Of a stretch of 64,000 nucleotides of DNA, positions 13,630-27,441 are shown one piece after another. Where the stretch lies: NCBI GenBank assembly GCA_034780895.1, contig JAUZTB010000077.1, positions 11,831,615-11,895,614 of the forward strand, in the 5' to 3' direction. The number at the start of each line of letters is the position of its first letter. The stretch's first letter is position 1. The translations under genes were made by a program, and so were the position numbers. Source of the DNA: Rhynchobatus australiae (taxonomy: Eukaryota). Below the pieces are notes generated by a model. It had not been told where the DNA came from, did no database searches, and was given only the letters and a program-made list of their open reading frames with translations.

Positions 13630-14040
13630 GTGTAATACAGCATGGAAACAGGCCCTTCAGCCCAACTCATCCTTGCCAGCCAAGGTGCCCTAGTCCCACA
13701 TGCCCACGTTTGGCTCGTATCTATCTAAACCTTTCCTATCCATATACTTATCCAAATATCTTCTATGTTGTTATTGTACCTGACTCTACTACTTTTTCTG
13801 GCAGCTTGTTCCATATAGGTACCACACTCTGCATGAAGGAGTTACCTCAGGTCCCTTTTAAATCTTTCCCCTATCATCTTCAATCTATGCCCTCTACTTT
13901 TTGTAAAGACTGAGTGCGTTCACCTTATCAATGCCCATCATGATCTTGTACACCTCCTTTAAGGTCACCCTTCAGTCTCCCATATTCCAAGGAATAAAGA
14001 CCTGCCCAGCCTCTCCCTATAACTCAGGCCTTTGAATCTG
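13630..14040 (-). mobile_element. CR1 LINE 3' end, reverse orientation
   Basis: cagcatggaaacaggcccttcagcccaac...ctggcagcttgttccata...aggtcacccttcagtctcc, the reverse complement of the CR1 3' UTR seen at 15325-15545. Confidence 0.7.
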
Positions 14041-14694
14041 AGGATTTTGAAATATTTTCTTAAAACCTTGCCATTGTTTATCTACAGGCAAATCTAATTT
14101 CCCAATCTACAATGAGCAATGCACCCCATATAATTGGCTGTATTTAACTTCAAGACTCCAAATGACCTGTCCCTCAAATGGAATGCAATTCTATCATATT
14201 GTCAATAGTTTGTCTTGCTCTGAGTTTACTAATTACTTTTGTGACATTACACAGATAAAGTCTAAGGTAACCTGTTTCCTAGCTGGTTCTACGGAATGTT
14301 GCCAAGACCACAATAAGTATTAAATTGAAATGTATTTGAAGTTCAAAGCAAGATGTGTTACAACTTGAGAAGGATGCTTTATATGCCTGCCAAGATGCAA
14401 TTGGATTTACAGTTTAGAAAAAAGAATGTCATTTTCGGATGCCAAGTAAAATTTATTTTCTTGATTCAACAAAAATGGTCATATCACATGACAGTTTACC
14501 TTAGGCACTGAATTGCAACTTATAACAATAATCATCCATTTGCCTTTCAGCATTCAAATCTGCACACTACCAATGCATCAGACTTTTGGCTTGGTTGCTA
14601 GACTTTACATTGAATTCAGTGGCAATTCCCTATGGTGCTGGGTTGGGGGGTAGATGCACTTCACATTCCAACCCCTCAGCTGTAAGTGAAAATT

Positions 14695-15545
14695 AAGAGT
14701 AGTGAATAGTGAGGAATTGTCAAAGGATAGAGCAGGATATAGATCATTTGGAAATTTGGATGGAGCAATGGCAAATGGAGTTTAATCCAAACAAGTGTGA
14801 GGTGATGCATTTTNNNNNNNNNNNNNNNNNNNNNNNNNNNNNNNNNNNNNNNNNNNNNNNNNNNNNNNNNNNNNNNNNNNNNNNNNNNNNNNNNNNNNNN
14901 NNNNNNNNNNNNNNNNNNNNNNNNNNNNNNNNNNNNNNNNNNNNNNNNNNNNNNNNNNNNNNNNNNNNNNNNNNNNNNNNNNNNNNNNNNNNNNNNNNNN
15001 NNNNNNNNNNNNNNNNNNNNNNNNNNNNNNNNNNNNNNNNNNNNNNNNNNNNNNNNNNNNNNNNNNNNNNNNNNNNNNNNNNNNNNNNNNNNNNNNNNNN
15101 NNNNNNNNNNNNNNNNNNNNNNNNNNNNNNNNNNNNNNNNNNNNNNNNNNNNNNNNNNNNNNNNNNNNNNNNNNNNNNNNNNNNNNNNNNNNNNNNNNNN
15201 NNNNNNNNNNNNNNNNNNNNNNNNNNNNNNNNNNNNNNNNNNNNNNNNNNNNNNNNNNNNNNNNNNNNNNNNNNNNNNNNNNNNNNNNNNNNNNNNNNNN
15301 NNNNNNNNNNNNNNNNNNNNNNNNGGTTTTTTTTACACAGTGTGCCTGGAACGTGCTGCTGGGGAGGAGGTAGAAACCAATCCGATAGCAGTATTTAGTA
15401 AGCATTTAGACAGATACCTAAACAGGCAGGGAATAAAGGGATATGGACCATGTGCAAGCAGATTGGATTATTTAGATTGGCATCGTGGTTGGCATAGTGG
15501 TGGGCTGACGGGCCTGTTCCTGTGCAGTACTGTTCCATGTTCTAC
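14695..15545 (+). mobile_element. CR1 LINE 3' part (mostly gap)
   Basis: NCQRIEQDIDHLEIWMEQWQMEFNPNKCEVMHF, then after the gap a CR1 3' UTR ending in gggcctgttcctgtgcagtactgttcc. Confidence 0.8.
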
Positions 15546-15805
15546 AAAATGGCGCTCCCAACCACTTTCCAAAGTTTGTTCAACTGTACTTCCAAAACTC
15601 ATAACCTCTAGTGCGTGCAAGGGAACACAATCACTTCTAAGTTCCTCTCCAAAACACATTAAATCCTTGGAAATTGCTGCTGCTGCTCCTCACCAGTATG
15701 ACCATGAGAGCATCTTCACTGCAGGATTATAATAGGAGCAGGAGTAGGTTAAGTGAACCTTTAAGAAAATAGGAATGGTTACTAAATGCTGTCAACTATT
15801 CCTAG

Positions 15806-16027
<222 letters not shown>

Positions 16028-16519
16028 TAAAATGTATTTTCTGACTTAAAGTAGAGGTATGTTCACAGTTATTGGAACATGCATCAGTATCTTGAATAAA
16101 TTTGACTTTGTTCTTTTAAAACAAAAATATGGAAATATCCACTTGAGAAAGCTTATTGTGATCATTTACTATGAATTCCCATTGACATTTATGGTGTGCC
16201 ATTATTCTGCTTTGCTTTGCCAGGATTCTACTGGTTCAGTAAAATGTGAGATTCATGTTTCTGCTTAAACAGGTATTGAGTGGAGAAATTTTAAAATCAA
16301 ATCTCCAAATGCCTCTTTTTAGACAAAAGGTTGTCAGATCATTTGAAGAGGTTCACTTTTATTTTGGAGAAAAAATAAAGACTTGTCTTGGGGTCACGAA
16401 AGGTTCTATTTAAATATATCTCAAAGCACTTAACAAGCAATACTTTGCATTTTAATATTTGGTAAGCAATTTTACATGGACTCTGTAAAATAACTGTGCA
16501 ATAACAACCAGGTCTGCTG

Positions 16520-16760
16520 TATGAGTGCAGGATAAATGTAGTGCAGGACAGTGATAATAACTCCAGTGATTGTCTTCAAAGTGGCACTATGGGATATTTT
16601 GGCTTCATCTAAAAGGGCAGACAGGTCTTTAATGTCATGTTCAATAAACAACAATGTCAGCATTCCTTTAGTATTTGCTGTATTGGAGTATGAACTTTTT
16701 GTGCTGCTGTCCCCAGAGTGGGATTTGAACCTACAGCCTCCTGACTCCGACAAGTGCGAG
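16520..16760 (-). mobile_element. tRNA-headed Deu-domain SINE (SacSINE1/AmnSINE-like)
   Basis: The reverse strand reads gagtcaggaggctgtaggttcaaatcccactc (B-box)...ctgtctgcccttttagatg...atcccatagtgccactttgaag...tgtcctgcactacatttatcc (Deu core). Confidence 0.6.
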
Positions 16761-19700
16761 TATTAATTAAGCTACTGCTGATGTGTTGTGGTAACGTGAA
16801 TGCTTCCAGTTAAAAAAAAACCTACACATTTTGTTTTGTCCATGGTTACTGCTGGTGCAGAATTCACTACCTCAACCTTTTTTTTTAAAAAAAAGCCTAC
16901 TTGCAACTGTGGACAAGTGGTCCCTATGGTGGGGGAGGGGTTCTTGTCAAAGCTAAAGCTACAATTTCTTGCAATTCTCAATTAATATGAGGGAAGTATT
17001 GTATTTAATGTACTTCGATCAGAATTTCCAAATTGGGCAACCTTCATATTTGTTGGGTAGAGTAAGAAATCCATCAAAATCCTCATTGTTATTAAATTAA
17101 CTTTAGGCACTTGGCAGTGAATATGCTGTTCTACAATACATTCCATCCTGANNNNNNNNNNNNNNNNNNNNNNNNNNNNNNNNNNNNNNNNNNNNNNNNN
17201 NNNNNNNNNNNNNNNNNNNNNNNNNNNNNNNNNNNNNNNNNNNNNNNNNNNTTTAGGTATTCCTTTCTCCAAACTGAATTTTAATTTATTTTCATGCATT
17301 AAATATATAGAGCATCTACAGTGTGGCTAAGTAGCTGATATAATTGCTAGAGTAGTTCTTTTAGATGAATACCAGCTGAGTGGATCAAGACACTAAAAAT
17401 GCATCCAGTGCCTGTGAGAGTGGTCTCTTATCTTCGCGGGTATGAGGAAGATTCGCCAGAAAAGACTTGATGTTAAAGCCATGGATTGTGACCAACGCAG
17501 TTTTTTATTTTACTTTGGAGTCCCTTGGTTCTAACTTTGAATCGTCTGAAAATGAATGGGTTGGTGAAAAGGAGAGCAACACTTTCAGCCAGGCTTTGAT
17601 TTAAACAAATGAATCCACACATGACCAAGTTAATTGATGCAAGATCATGGACTCTACCAGTCTTCACGGAACCTATTTATTCGTGGAATAAGATCATAAC
17701 TCCACTGAGGAGATCCACTAGTTTGCTGCACTTTTCAAGTGATGGGCAGTTGATGTGAGAATGAATGTTACATTGAGGCTTGAAGGAAATACTTGGAGGT
17801 GTCTTGTAGACTGCTGTACAACCATTGAGAAATGAAAGCTGAATTGAGAGGACAGGAAAAGCTACATCAGGTCTTTCAGAATAGTGTCTATTGGGTTACC
17901 ACAGTAACCTGTTGCGGCTTTGTAAAGTGTTGTCATCAAAGATTGTGCTAAAAGGCTTTTAAATGTAGCAAGTTTCATCTGAGAATTTGTAAATCTATCA
18001 GGAATTCATCCAAAATTCTATGGATTATCTGAATATACCTAAGCTTGCATGCATTTAGTAAACAGTTTTTGAGGTTGCTGTACATGCCTGTTTTGCAATA
18101 TAANNNNNNNNNNNNNNNNNNNNNNNNNNNNNNNNNNNNNNNNNNNNNNNNNNNNNNNNNNNNNNNNNNNNNNNNNNNNNNNNNNNNNNNNNNNNNNNNN
18201 NNNCAATATAAATACTTGAAGGGCATATGAAACCACTAAGTTTATTACAGGTATAGATAAAGGACACTTGTAGTTTCTCCTTGTACTTTCTAAAATTTCT
18301 TAATTTTGAAAGCCAATTCCTCACATTGGCTGCTGTGGATCTAGCCTGCACTTGCTGAATAAGTGACACAAGATTTCCGAAAAATGTTGAGCTTCCTGAC
18401 TTGGTTACCTAGTAAATAATAACTGCTTTCTCTCCCCACCACTGAAATTGACTAGAATACATCATCTTTTGACTAATACTATTTTGTCTTTGAATAGAGG
18501 AAAGGGGTGTATAAACTAGCTGTACAGCCAAGTGAGGATTATAGTTTTCCAAAGGACCAAAAAAATCCTTGTGGGTTTCTAAATTCATGCCATTCAGTTT
18601 AAATCCAGTCTATTTAAGCCAAAAACTGATCCGTAGCTAAATCTAATCTAAGAATCTGCCTAACAGTAACTTCAGTGTCATGGGTAGATATTGACATGAC
18701 CAAAGGAGTAGATACTAGAATAGTTTAACAAATGCTGTCAGGGGTAGGTCATTGGGCTGAAGGTACAACACTAATTGGTGGTTCAAAGCAAATGTCTGTG
18801 CTGCACAATATAACTTCATAATTCATATACAGCACGTGGGGTGTTTCTGACTAGCTAGACTTTGTGAACACAATCAATCTGCAGTCACTGCTTCCCTGCT
18901 AATACTTAACCACAGCAGCAAATAAGTCCCCAAAGTTGTCTCTTTATCATTATGGTGCTGTGGATGGCAAGCCCTGCCCCAGAAATGCTTTGACAGTTTT
19001 ACTGGCTCTTAAAACGTTTTGAAAATTTTTTTTCTATGATATTTGCAAACAATGGAAAACACTAATTATTATATGAAACTTAACACTCTTCCCTTAGTTG
19101 TTGTCCTCCGTTGAAATGATTGGTTTTGCTGAACTTGACAGAAGCTCATTGATGCATTTCCCTGAGTAATTGCAGGGAAATTCTAGGAAATTATCTTTCT
19201 GCCACTGGACCTCATGATCTGAGTGCAGATGGAATTATAGTGGAAAACTGGAACTTGTGTAATCACATGGGCTCAGAAATTATCCAGATCGTCAATGTAG
19301 TCCTCCCTGCAAAAGTTATTTTTACCACTAGGTAAGGAGATTGGGGGGCAATGAATTAATCAATATGGCAATGCAGTTCCATTTCTGAAACAGCAGGATG
19401 CCTTCATCAAAGATACTAAATTTATTTGATATTATAAACTACACTGCCTTTACAATTAATAATTGATTTGAATAATACAACATCAGGTGTATGATCAAAG
19501 TTAGGAAAATAATGGGAGGTATTACAATAACCATTATGCATTTGCAGTAGTAAAATAATGGTGGTGGTGAAGTAATTAATAAAGTGGAGGGTATTTCATC
19601 TTCCTCTAAACAGAGGTTCCATTGTTTAAGGTAAGCCAATAATTGAAGTTTGTGAAGGATCTTTAATTACAAATGTTTGCTGCTGCATTAGTGTCCAGCA

Positions 19701-21972
19701 AATGTAGTTCTCTTGCTTTACAGCCATTTGTCTTAATATTATCAGGTTGGTCTTGGCACACAGTTTAAACAAATTTAGTGTTCCCTGTCTGACTAACATC
19801 CCGCAGATTCCTTGAATTGATGATCTAATATAATAAGGATGGTCTGCTGTTGAAAGAACATCACTTGATTATCAGCTACAATCTAAATGTTCACATCATT
19901 CTCAGAAGTGAGATGGGAATAGGTTTGTGCAGAGCACAAATACCAGCAAATGGCCTTTGTGCTGTAATTCTGTGCCAGCTTCACAGTGGAAGCTCTGCAT
20001 TAAGAGAGCACCCCAGAGTGAGGGGAGAGTCTCCTCCTAAAATTAATAATAAACTCTTTTGTCTTTTGGGGTTGATTTCCATGTCATTGGACAGGACCAG
20101 CTCTCGAGCTTCAGGTCGGTCTCCAAACCAATCAAGGTAGGATGTTCAAATGCTTCTACTCTGGTGGTCATCCACTTTTAACATTTTCCTTTAACTTGAA
20201 GATTGTTGTTAGAAAGGGTGAGTTGCCATATCTGGTGTCTTGAAAGACACCACCTTTGGTATCCAACAATTACTTTTCCTTGTTATACAATTCCATTTCA
20301 TTAGTTATAAAATCCATGATCTATCAAACAAGCTTGATGAATTAACCATTAATAATATTTTTAGATAAAATGATGGCTGAAAATGAATATTTCCCAATGT
20401 TTTAAATTTTTAATCTTGTTGCACAGTCTTAATATACTGTACCTAGGGAAAAAACAAAGCTATGCAGGTGATCCAGGACAGGAATTGTGAACTATACTCT
20501 ATTTCAAATGCCTCTGATCAGATAGTGGAATTGGTTAAATAAGATGAACCATTTTGTCATGGAAATCAAGTTATCAGTAGGTTTAGTTGTTACATGTTTA
20601 CATTGTTAATCAGTATACATTGGAGCAGTTAATGAAAAACTGGATTTAAAGGGGCAAGGAGAGCAGCCCTCACTTCTCCAAAAACCTTGTGACAATTCTA
20701 CATATGGAGCTGAACCTCAATATTCTGGATTGAGCACAACTGGACAACTGGAAATCAAGATGGCCTCTAGATCAGGATGGATTACATAATGGCTTAGAGT
20801 TTGTTAAATACATGGGCTGTAATGTAAGTGTTGCTCCCAAAGGGGTTCACATGAAGTTTAGGACTAATTACATGATCAGGATATTTCCATTTGGTCTCTT
20901 TGCTCATCTCAGTTGAAACTGCCAAGTCAACCAATGGAATAGAAAACCTACACTACCGACATTCTTCATGGGACATATGCAGCTGCACTGGAAATAGTTT
21001 ACTCTGTTCAGACTGAAGACTTATTGGTAACAACTTTGTGAATCTCATGAGCAAACAGAATACTTGTTAACAATTGTGAAGTATGAAGACGAGCACTCAG
21101 ACTGCTAAATTTGGAATTGATAATGCTGCTGAATTTAGTGCTTGCTTTTCCTGTGATCACTCTGCACTGAAGAAAGTAGCCATGGCACAAAACTTTTCTC
21201 ACTTGATCATACACCTTGGAGGCTTGTATATGGGAAATAGAAAGGATAAAAGAGACTCTGGGAGCAGCCAGCAACATTAATATTCAGAAGTTCAACTAAG
21301 GCATAACTATACCAGAAATCATTTGTCTGTGGAAGAGGAAAAAGAAACATGCATTTGGTCTACATACAGTAAATAACCTAAACATTAGGAGGGATTATCC
21401 ACCAGCAAGCTTTTCCCAGTGACTTTCAAACTTAGTGTAAAAAAAATCCATGGAACAAATAAGAAATTTGCTCGAGTTCATGACGTAAGAGAACCATGGC
21501 TTGTGTATGTGCTGGTTCTTGGAAATAAGATGGGGAAAAGAAGTCTGTTTTGAATTGTTACTTTCATTTACTTCAAATATTTATCCACTTTTCCCTTGAA
21601 AGGTCTCCTAACATTCTCTGGAATACAAAATAAATATCCAGCCCCTCTATTTTGTCCCTTTGTGACCATGTAAATGTACCATATTCAATGTAGCAAAAAC
21701 TTTTAAAGTGCTATGAATTCTTTTCCTTCCCTCTGTTCTCCCTCAATGTAACATTTTACAGTTGCCCATCCCTATAGCGTATTCTTCAGAATTGTCCTTT
21801 TCATAATAAATGTCTAAAATTGTACATTAGTATTGAAACTAACCTAATCATTGTTACAAATGTAGACTGTTGAGCAGCTGTGAAGCATTACAAGATTTTG
21901 CTTTTTACAGCTCTTTGGTACACAATTAACAATAATGTGAGAAGGGAGCATTATTAGTGAAGTAATCATTAA

Positions 21973-22158
<186 letters not shown>

Positions 22159-22474
22159 CCTGTTTTTTTAAAATGGCAAGCTGGAAATTTTAAACAGCGT
22201 TTTGTCCAACAATGCAGAAAAGTGTGCGTGAGTGTGTGTTTAAAAAGTAAATGAGAAGGTGCAAAGTATGAGTTCTGTGATCACAAACATGGTCTGAAGT
22301 GTAAACTTTTGATTACATTTTTATAGCACTCCTCCCAAATAGGGAAAATGTTTTGAAATTTACTTGTGGAAAATCAGAAAACAACCTTGATACTGTGCAT
22401 CTTTTACAGTTTTTTTTGTGATTTTACTAAAATATTGAAAGTTTAGATTTTTATCACTTATTTTATGAATTATA

Positions 22475-22480
22475 AATAAA
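22475..22480 (+). terminator. Candidate polyadenylation signal of MACROH2A2
   Basis: AATAAA about 320 nt after the stop, in a U-rich context and followed by U/GU-rich sequence. Confidence 0.6.
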
Positions 22481-24177
22481 ATTATTTATTTATATCCATT
22501 TACCTTTATCATACTGTGTGTAGCATTTTAGGAAAAAGTTCAGATATGTTCTTAATTATATTTCAAGTATGGTGAAAAATGAGTAAGTTGTTGTTCTATG
22601 CCTCTACAGAATGAGTTGTTGAAACACGGGCACTTAATGTGGAATGGTTTGCTGCTAAAATGATATTGAATACTTTATTGTATTATGTGATTGGTGTGAC
22701 TTATTTCATGGCATTCATTAGTGTAGACAATACATATTAAGAGAAGGCAAATAAAAAGGGAAATCTCTGTTTAAGTTTTAATCAGGAATTTAACTTTTCA
22801 CTGTTACCAAGTGATCCACAGTTTATACCAAGTAATTTGCCATTACTTGGTTAGATTAAGATTACAATGAAGGAAAGGATTATGGTGCACAAGCAAAGGA
22901 AAGAGGAATTAAATTTTATTATATTTGGTTGATTCCAAGTTATTAACATGAAATTGCTTGTGTAGCTCTTCTTGCCATAGGTGCAATGGCAAATAGCTGA
23001 AAGCTATTTTTTAGATATTTTAGAGTGGGGTAGGTATGTGAACTGATTAAATATCCAAAGGTTCACATTTGGATTCCTAATGATGCAATGAAGCCTCTTA
23101 TTGAAGGATTCAGTTTATTGTGCTGCAGAGATTTCAAGTAGTTTTGTTACTGCAAGAGCCCACTCCAAAAACTCTACTTAACTCCTGTTAGCATATTAAA
23201 TTTGTAGTGAAACACATTTTACTGAAACAAATTTCATCTCATGAATAGCTAAGACACATGGATCAAGATGACATTTGATTTCCATCTTGTAATGAGTTGA
23301 CTGATCTCAGCAAGAGTACCATTAGCCACAAGACAATTGGTTAAAGTGCCCCCCATATCTTTAGATGAGTATTTGGGGAGGGGAGAAGAGGGGGTGGTGG
23401 AGGAGGCTTTTCCTTCTGATCCCAGTTTAGCAACTACTACTAGAATTTTATGAATAAGCACAAAATGAGCTTGGTTGCATTGCTGTCCTTTGTTATTCAC
23501 TGGCAAAGTTTATGTGTGAATGAATAATCATACTTGGCTTGGATGTTTGAGGCAAGCAGCACTCTTAGAAATATCTGCAGGAGAGATGTAAAGCAATTAA
23601 AAGGAAAATGGGAGAAACTGCTAAAATCTATTTATGGATTTGTCAGGACAGGTGATATGTAACTGCATTATTTTTATGTATTTGTACAAATTTGTGTAAC
23701 AGGTAACAATGCTGTTGAAAACAGTGCACAGTTGAATGTACTTTCAGAGATTGTAATACCCCTTCAAAGTCAGATATCATTATTAATGTTGGTCTTAAAG
23801 CTCACGATGCATTTTCATTTTTGTTCATTCAGTTTTGCCCATTGGCACCAGCATTAGTTATAATATAGTTAACATATGGATCGAGGCATCTGATTATGCA
23901 GTGAATATTATCTTACTGATATTCATTAGTAAATCATGATGGAATCAATCCAGCTGCTTCATTTTCTATTTTTAACTAAAACATCTCGCCATGACATGAA
24001 GCATTGTGTTTTCCGATATTTACAAAATAGACAGAAGTGTGATATAGCAGAAGTCAATGGTAATTATAATTGACAGTTGCCACAAAATCATTGTAATATG
24101 TGAAAAACATTCTTACAAAGGAGGATAATTGTACATTTGAAGTGAACTTGTGTATCTCTGCTTACACAGCATTGAGT

Positions 24178-24470
24178 ATAGTCTGTCCCTGGGTTATGAA
24201 CACCTAACTTATGGACACCCGTACATATGGACGAGTTCCCATAATATTAAATTCAAAAGATGGTCATGCGTCCATATCTTCATTTCAGAACTAGTTTCCC
24301 CTCTCTCTCCACTTTGAGTAGTTGTTCTTTCTTATCAGCCATGTGTGCTTTTGATACGTTAGTTACAATATGGTTACCATAGAGAGTGAGTTTTGTGTAT
24401 TTTCTGAGAAAATTGATTGATGGACGGTTGTAAAAATGGAACACATTCATAACCTTTGACTAGCTTGTAT
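24178..24470. mobile_element. Possible Tigger/pogo-type MITE
   Basis: Left end tatagtctgtccctgggttatgaacacc..acttatgg and right end ...ttcataacctttgactagcttgtata form degenerate inverted ends with TA flanks. Confidence 0.4.
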
Positions 24471-24792
24471 ATGGGCTTTTGGAATTGGTACTTATCTGCA
24501 TTAGACATTTCCTTGGCCCCATTCTCTGAGAGGACACAACTGTCTCTTCCAAAAGTAACCTTGATCCTTCTGTAGCAGCATCTAATTAGCAGAAAGTACA
24601 AAGATGAAAACTTTTGCCCTATATCAGGGATTCATATATTTTCAGAGTAACAGATGTCCTTAGTACCATCAAAACCAGCTGAGATAATACTTGGCCTTTG
24701 AGTCTTGTTCAGAATATTTTCAGGATTTGGCTTGCCTTCCAATTGATCTTTTCTATAGTTTCACTACTGAGCATGTGTCCATTGAAGTAGTA

Positions 24793-24842
24793 CATCTGGC
24801 CCAAAAGTCTTTTGTATCATCTGGCCCAAAAATCTTTTGTAC
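24793..24842. repeat. 25-bp tandem duplication
   Basis: catctggcccaaaagtcttttgtat followed by catctggcccaaaaatcttttgtac. Confidence 0.85.
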
Positions 24843-25004
24843 TCAGGGCATGAGATTTTTACAATTTTTTTCTTTTGTGTTACCTATTACATTGAATTCA
24901 TTATTTAATTTAGATTCTTGCATGATTTTATGTATCGACTGTTCTAATTCTGATATTCTGTGTGCTCGTAAATGCATCCCAAATTATGGTTCACTATTTT
25001 TAGT

Positions 25005-25690
25005 GGAGGGTTAAAGGTGGACAAGTCACCAGGAGCTGATGGACTGTGCACTACGGTTTTAAAGGAAGTGGCTGCAGAGATAATGGACCCATAGGACGAA
25101 TTTTTTTTTATAACTCGCCTTTTAGGAGGGTACACAAAGAATAGAATATGGCCAATATGACTCCCTTGTTCAAAAGAGGAAAAACAAAAGGCAGGGAAAT
25201 CTAGGCCAATTAGTTTAAAACCTATTACAGTTAAGATGATAAAGTCAATAATTAGGAGAAAATAACTAATCAATTTGGAAATGGAATATAATTAAACATC
25301 ATCAACATGATTTTATGAAAGGTAAACTATTTTTGACAAATTTTACTTCAATTCTTTGAGGATGTGACAAGGAGAGTTGATGGGAGGAACCTGTTGATGT
25401 TGTGTATTTAGATTTCCAAAAAGGCATTGGAAAAAATTGCCAATGATACAAAACCAGGTGGAAAGGCATGTTGTGATGAGGATACTGTGAATCTGCAAAG
25501 GGATACAGATAGTTCGAGCGAGTGGGCAAAAGACTGGCAAATGGAGTTTATTGTGGGGAAGTGTGAGGTCATGCACCTATGTAAGAAAAATAAGATGGGC
25601 AGATTACTGTCTAAATGGAGGCAGACTGCAAGTGACTGAAGTACAGAGAGGCTGCAAGTGTATGAATCAAAAAAAGCTAACAAAGTAGTT
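25005..25690 (+). mobile_element. Decayed CR1 LINE RT fragment (internally deleted)
   Basis: gacaagtcaccaggagctgatgga (KSPGPDG-like), gtgtatttagatttccaaaaggca (VYLDFQKAF-like), and ANDTKPGG...LQRDTD...WAKDWQMEF...KCEVMH. Confidence 0.8.
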
Positions 25691-26194
25691 NNNNNNNNNN
25701 NNNNNNNNNNNNNNNNNNNNNNNNNNNNNNNNNNNNNNNNNNNNNNNNNNNNNNNNNNNNNNNNNNNNNNNNNNNNNNNNNNNNNNNNNNTCCTTTTGTT
25801 AAGCTAGTACATTGGGTTTCACATTCCAGTGTGTAAAGGAACAACTGAAAAATGAAACAGCAATTTGGCTGCATTGTCTCTCCCAATACCATTTGCTGTA
25901 GTTTGATAGTGTGACAGCTTTCTTAAAAAAAAATAAAACACACAAAAAATTCTGGATGTTCCTTCTGATGTTATAAGATAACCCAATAAGATGGTGGGCA
26001 GCTTCAAAGAAACAAAGTGGAAGTGGAGGGGAGGGGGGGAATTGGCCAGGAAGCTTAGTGTTATTTAAAAAGACAACCCAATAGGATACAAGCACATTTA
26101 ACCTTGGCTGAGACCAAGAGAGTAGTGGCTGCAGTTTAAATCCTAACACTTGATATCCATAGCTTGTATGTGCATGTTTCCAGTTTTACCCAAA

Positions 26195-26480
26195 TTTGCT
26201 ACAGTGAATGCTGTTGCCTCAGCTCCAGTGACTTGGGTTTGATACGGACTTCGAATGCTGCTCTCCCTGTAAGCATGTGGGTTTCTCTCCCACCCTGTCA
26301 CCCATGTGCTGGTAGGATGGTTATCTCAAGCATAGGTAAGTAGCAAAAAGACTCAAAGGTGAGTTGCTGGGCACATCAGAGAACAAGTTGCAAGATAACA
26401 GGGAAATTAGATGGGAATGCTCTGCAGGAAGTTGGCATGGACCTGGTGGGTTGAATGGCTGCCTTCTGTAGTCAGAATAA
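26195..26480 (+). mobile_element. V-SINE-like element with CR1-type tail
   Basis: gctgttgcctcagctccagtgacttgggtttgat (tRNA-like head), ctccctgtaagcatgtgggtttctc, and tail ggcatggacctggtgggttgaatggc. Confidence 0.55.
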
Positions 26481-27435
26481 ACTAACTTGGCACTTATAAC
26501 CCTGGCTGATCCCTTTGGGTAACACAGAGCAGTTTGGCAAACTTTTATGATAAAAGGGCAAAATAAAGCAACTTTCTTCTTTGCTGTTCATGAGTCTTTT
26601 AAACTTGTCATTGTCCAAATGTATAAGGAAAAAAAAGTATATATTTCAGCTTCTCAAATACTCATTTTCAGATAGATTTCAAATATTGCAAATTCTGGAA
26701 ATCAAAAAACTGAAAATGTTGCAGATACTCAGCAAGTCAGGAAGCATCAATGATCAATCTGAAACATTCAAGTTGGATAAATGAAGCTATGTCATTGAAA
26801 GAATTAAGCACAACCTTAGCAGCTCTTTAGACTAAATGTTAGGCAAAATATAACTCATGTGCCTAGCTTATGAATATAAAATTAGATTTTCAGAAATACC
26901 TTTCTGCATTATTCAAGTCAATTATAATACTGAATTCCTTGGATCCTATTTATCACATTTCATTCATCTGAGATCTGTTTACTACATTGTGATGAGTTAA
27001 TTCTGTGTCAAATAAATAAGTGGATTATTTTGGTTTAACCACATAACTACTTCCTACCTTTTTAATTGGAGAAGACCAATTATTAGTAAAATTAGGATTG
27101 CTGCTATGCCTTATCAAAAGACATGTTTGAAGCAAGATGATAAAATAAGAATGTAAGTACTAAATGATTCCAAAGATTTATCATAGGATAGACATCACCA
27201 GATAGTCAGGTCTTACTATCTTTGAACTGGAGAGTGCAAGCTCATCCTTTGTAACCTTCCTGGCCCAGACAGGCTCTTCAGAACAAGATTTTACTTAAGT
27301 ATAATACCTTATGTCTAACTTTATTTTAAATAGAGCTTAAATAATGAATGAACAAAGTATATAGTCCACTGCAACTGCTAACAGAGCACCTACCCAAATC
27401 CATGAACCACAGCTGAATTTCTTTACATTTTGATA

Positions 27436-27441
27436 TTTATT
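27436..27441 (-). terminator. Candidate polyadenylation signal of GBF1
   Basis: tttatt on + (AATAAA on -) about 1.4 kb past the GBF1 stop, followed on - by GU-rich tgtggttcatggatttgggt. Another candidate lies near 28293. Confidence 0.45.

Noticed and set aside
14709-15405. 229/207-aa ORFs and other X-containing ORFs
   Set aside because: Their lengths are inflated by N gaps. The real part is CR1 reverse transcriptase debris.
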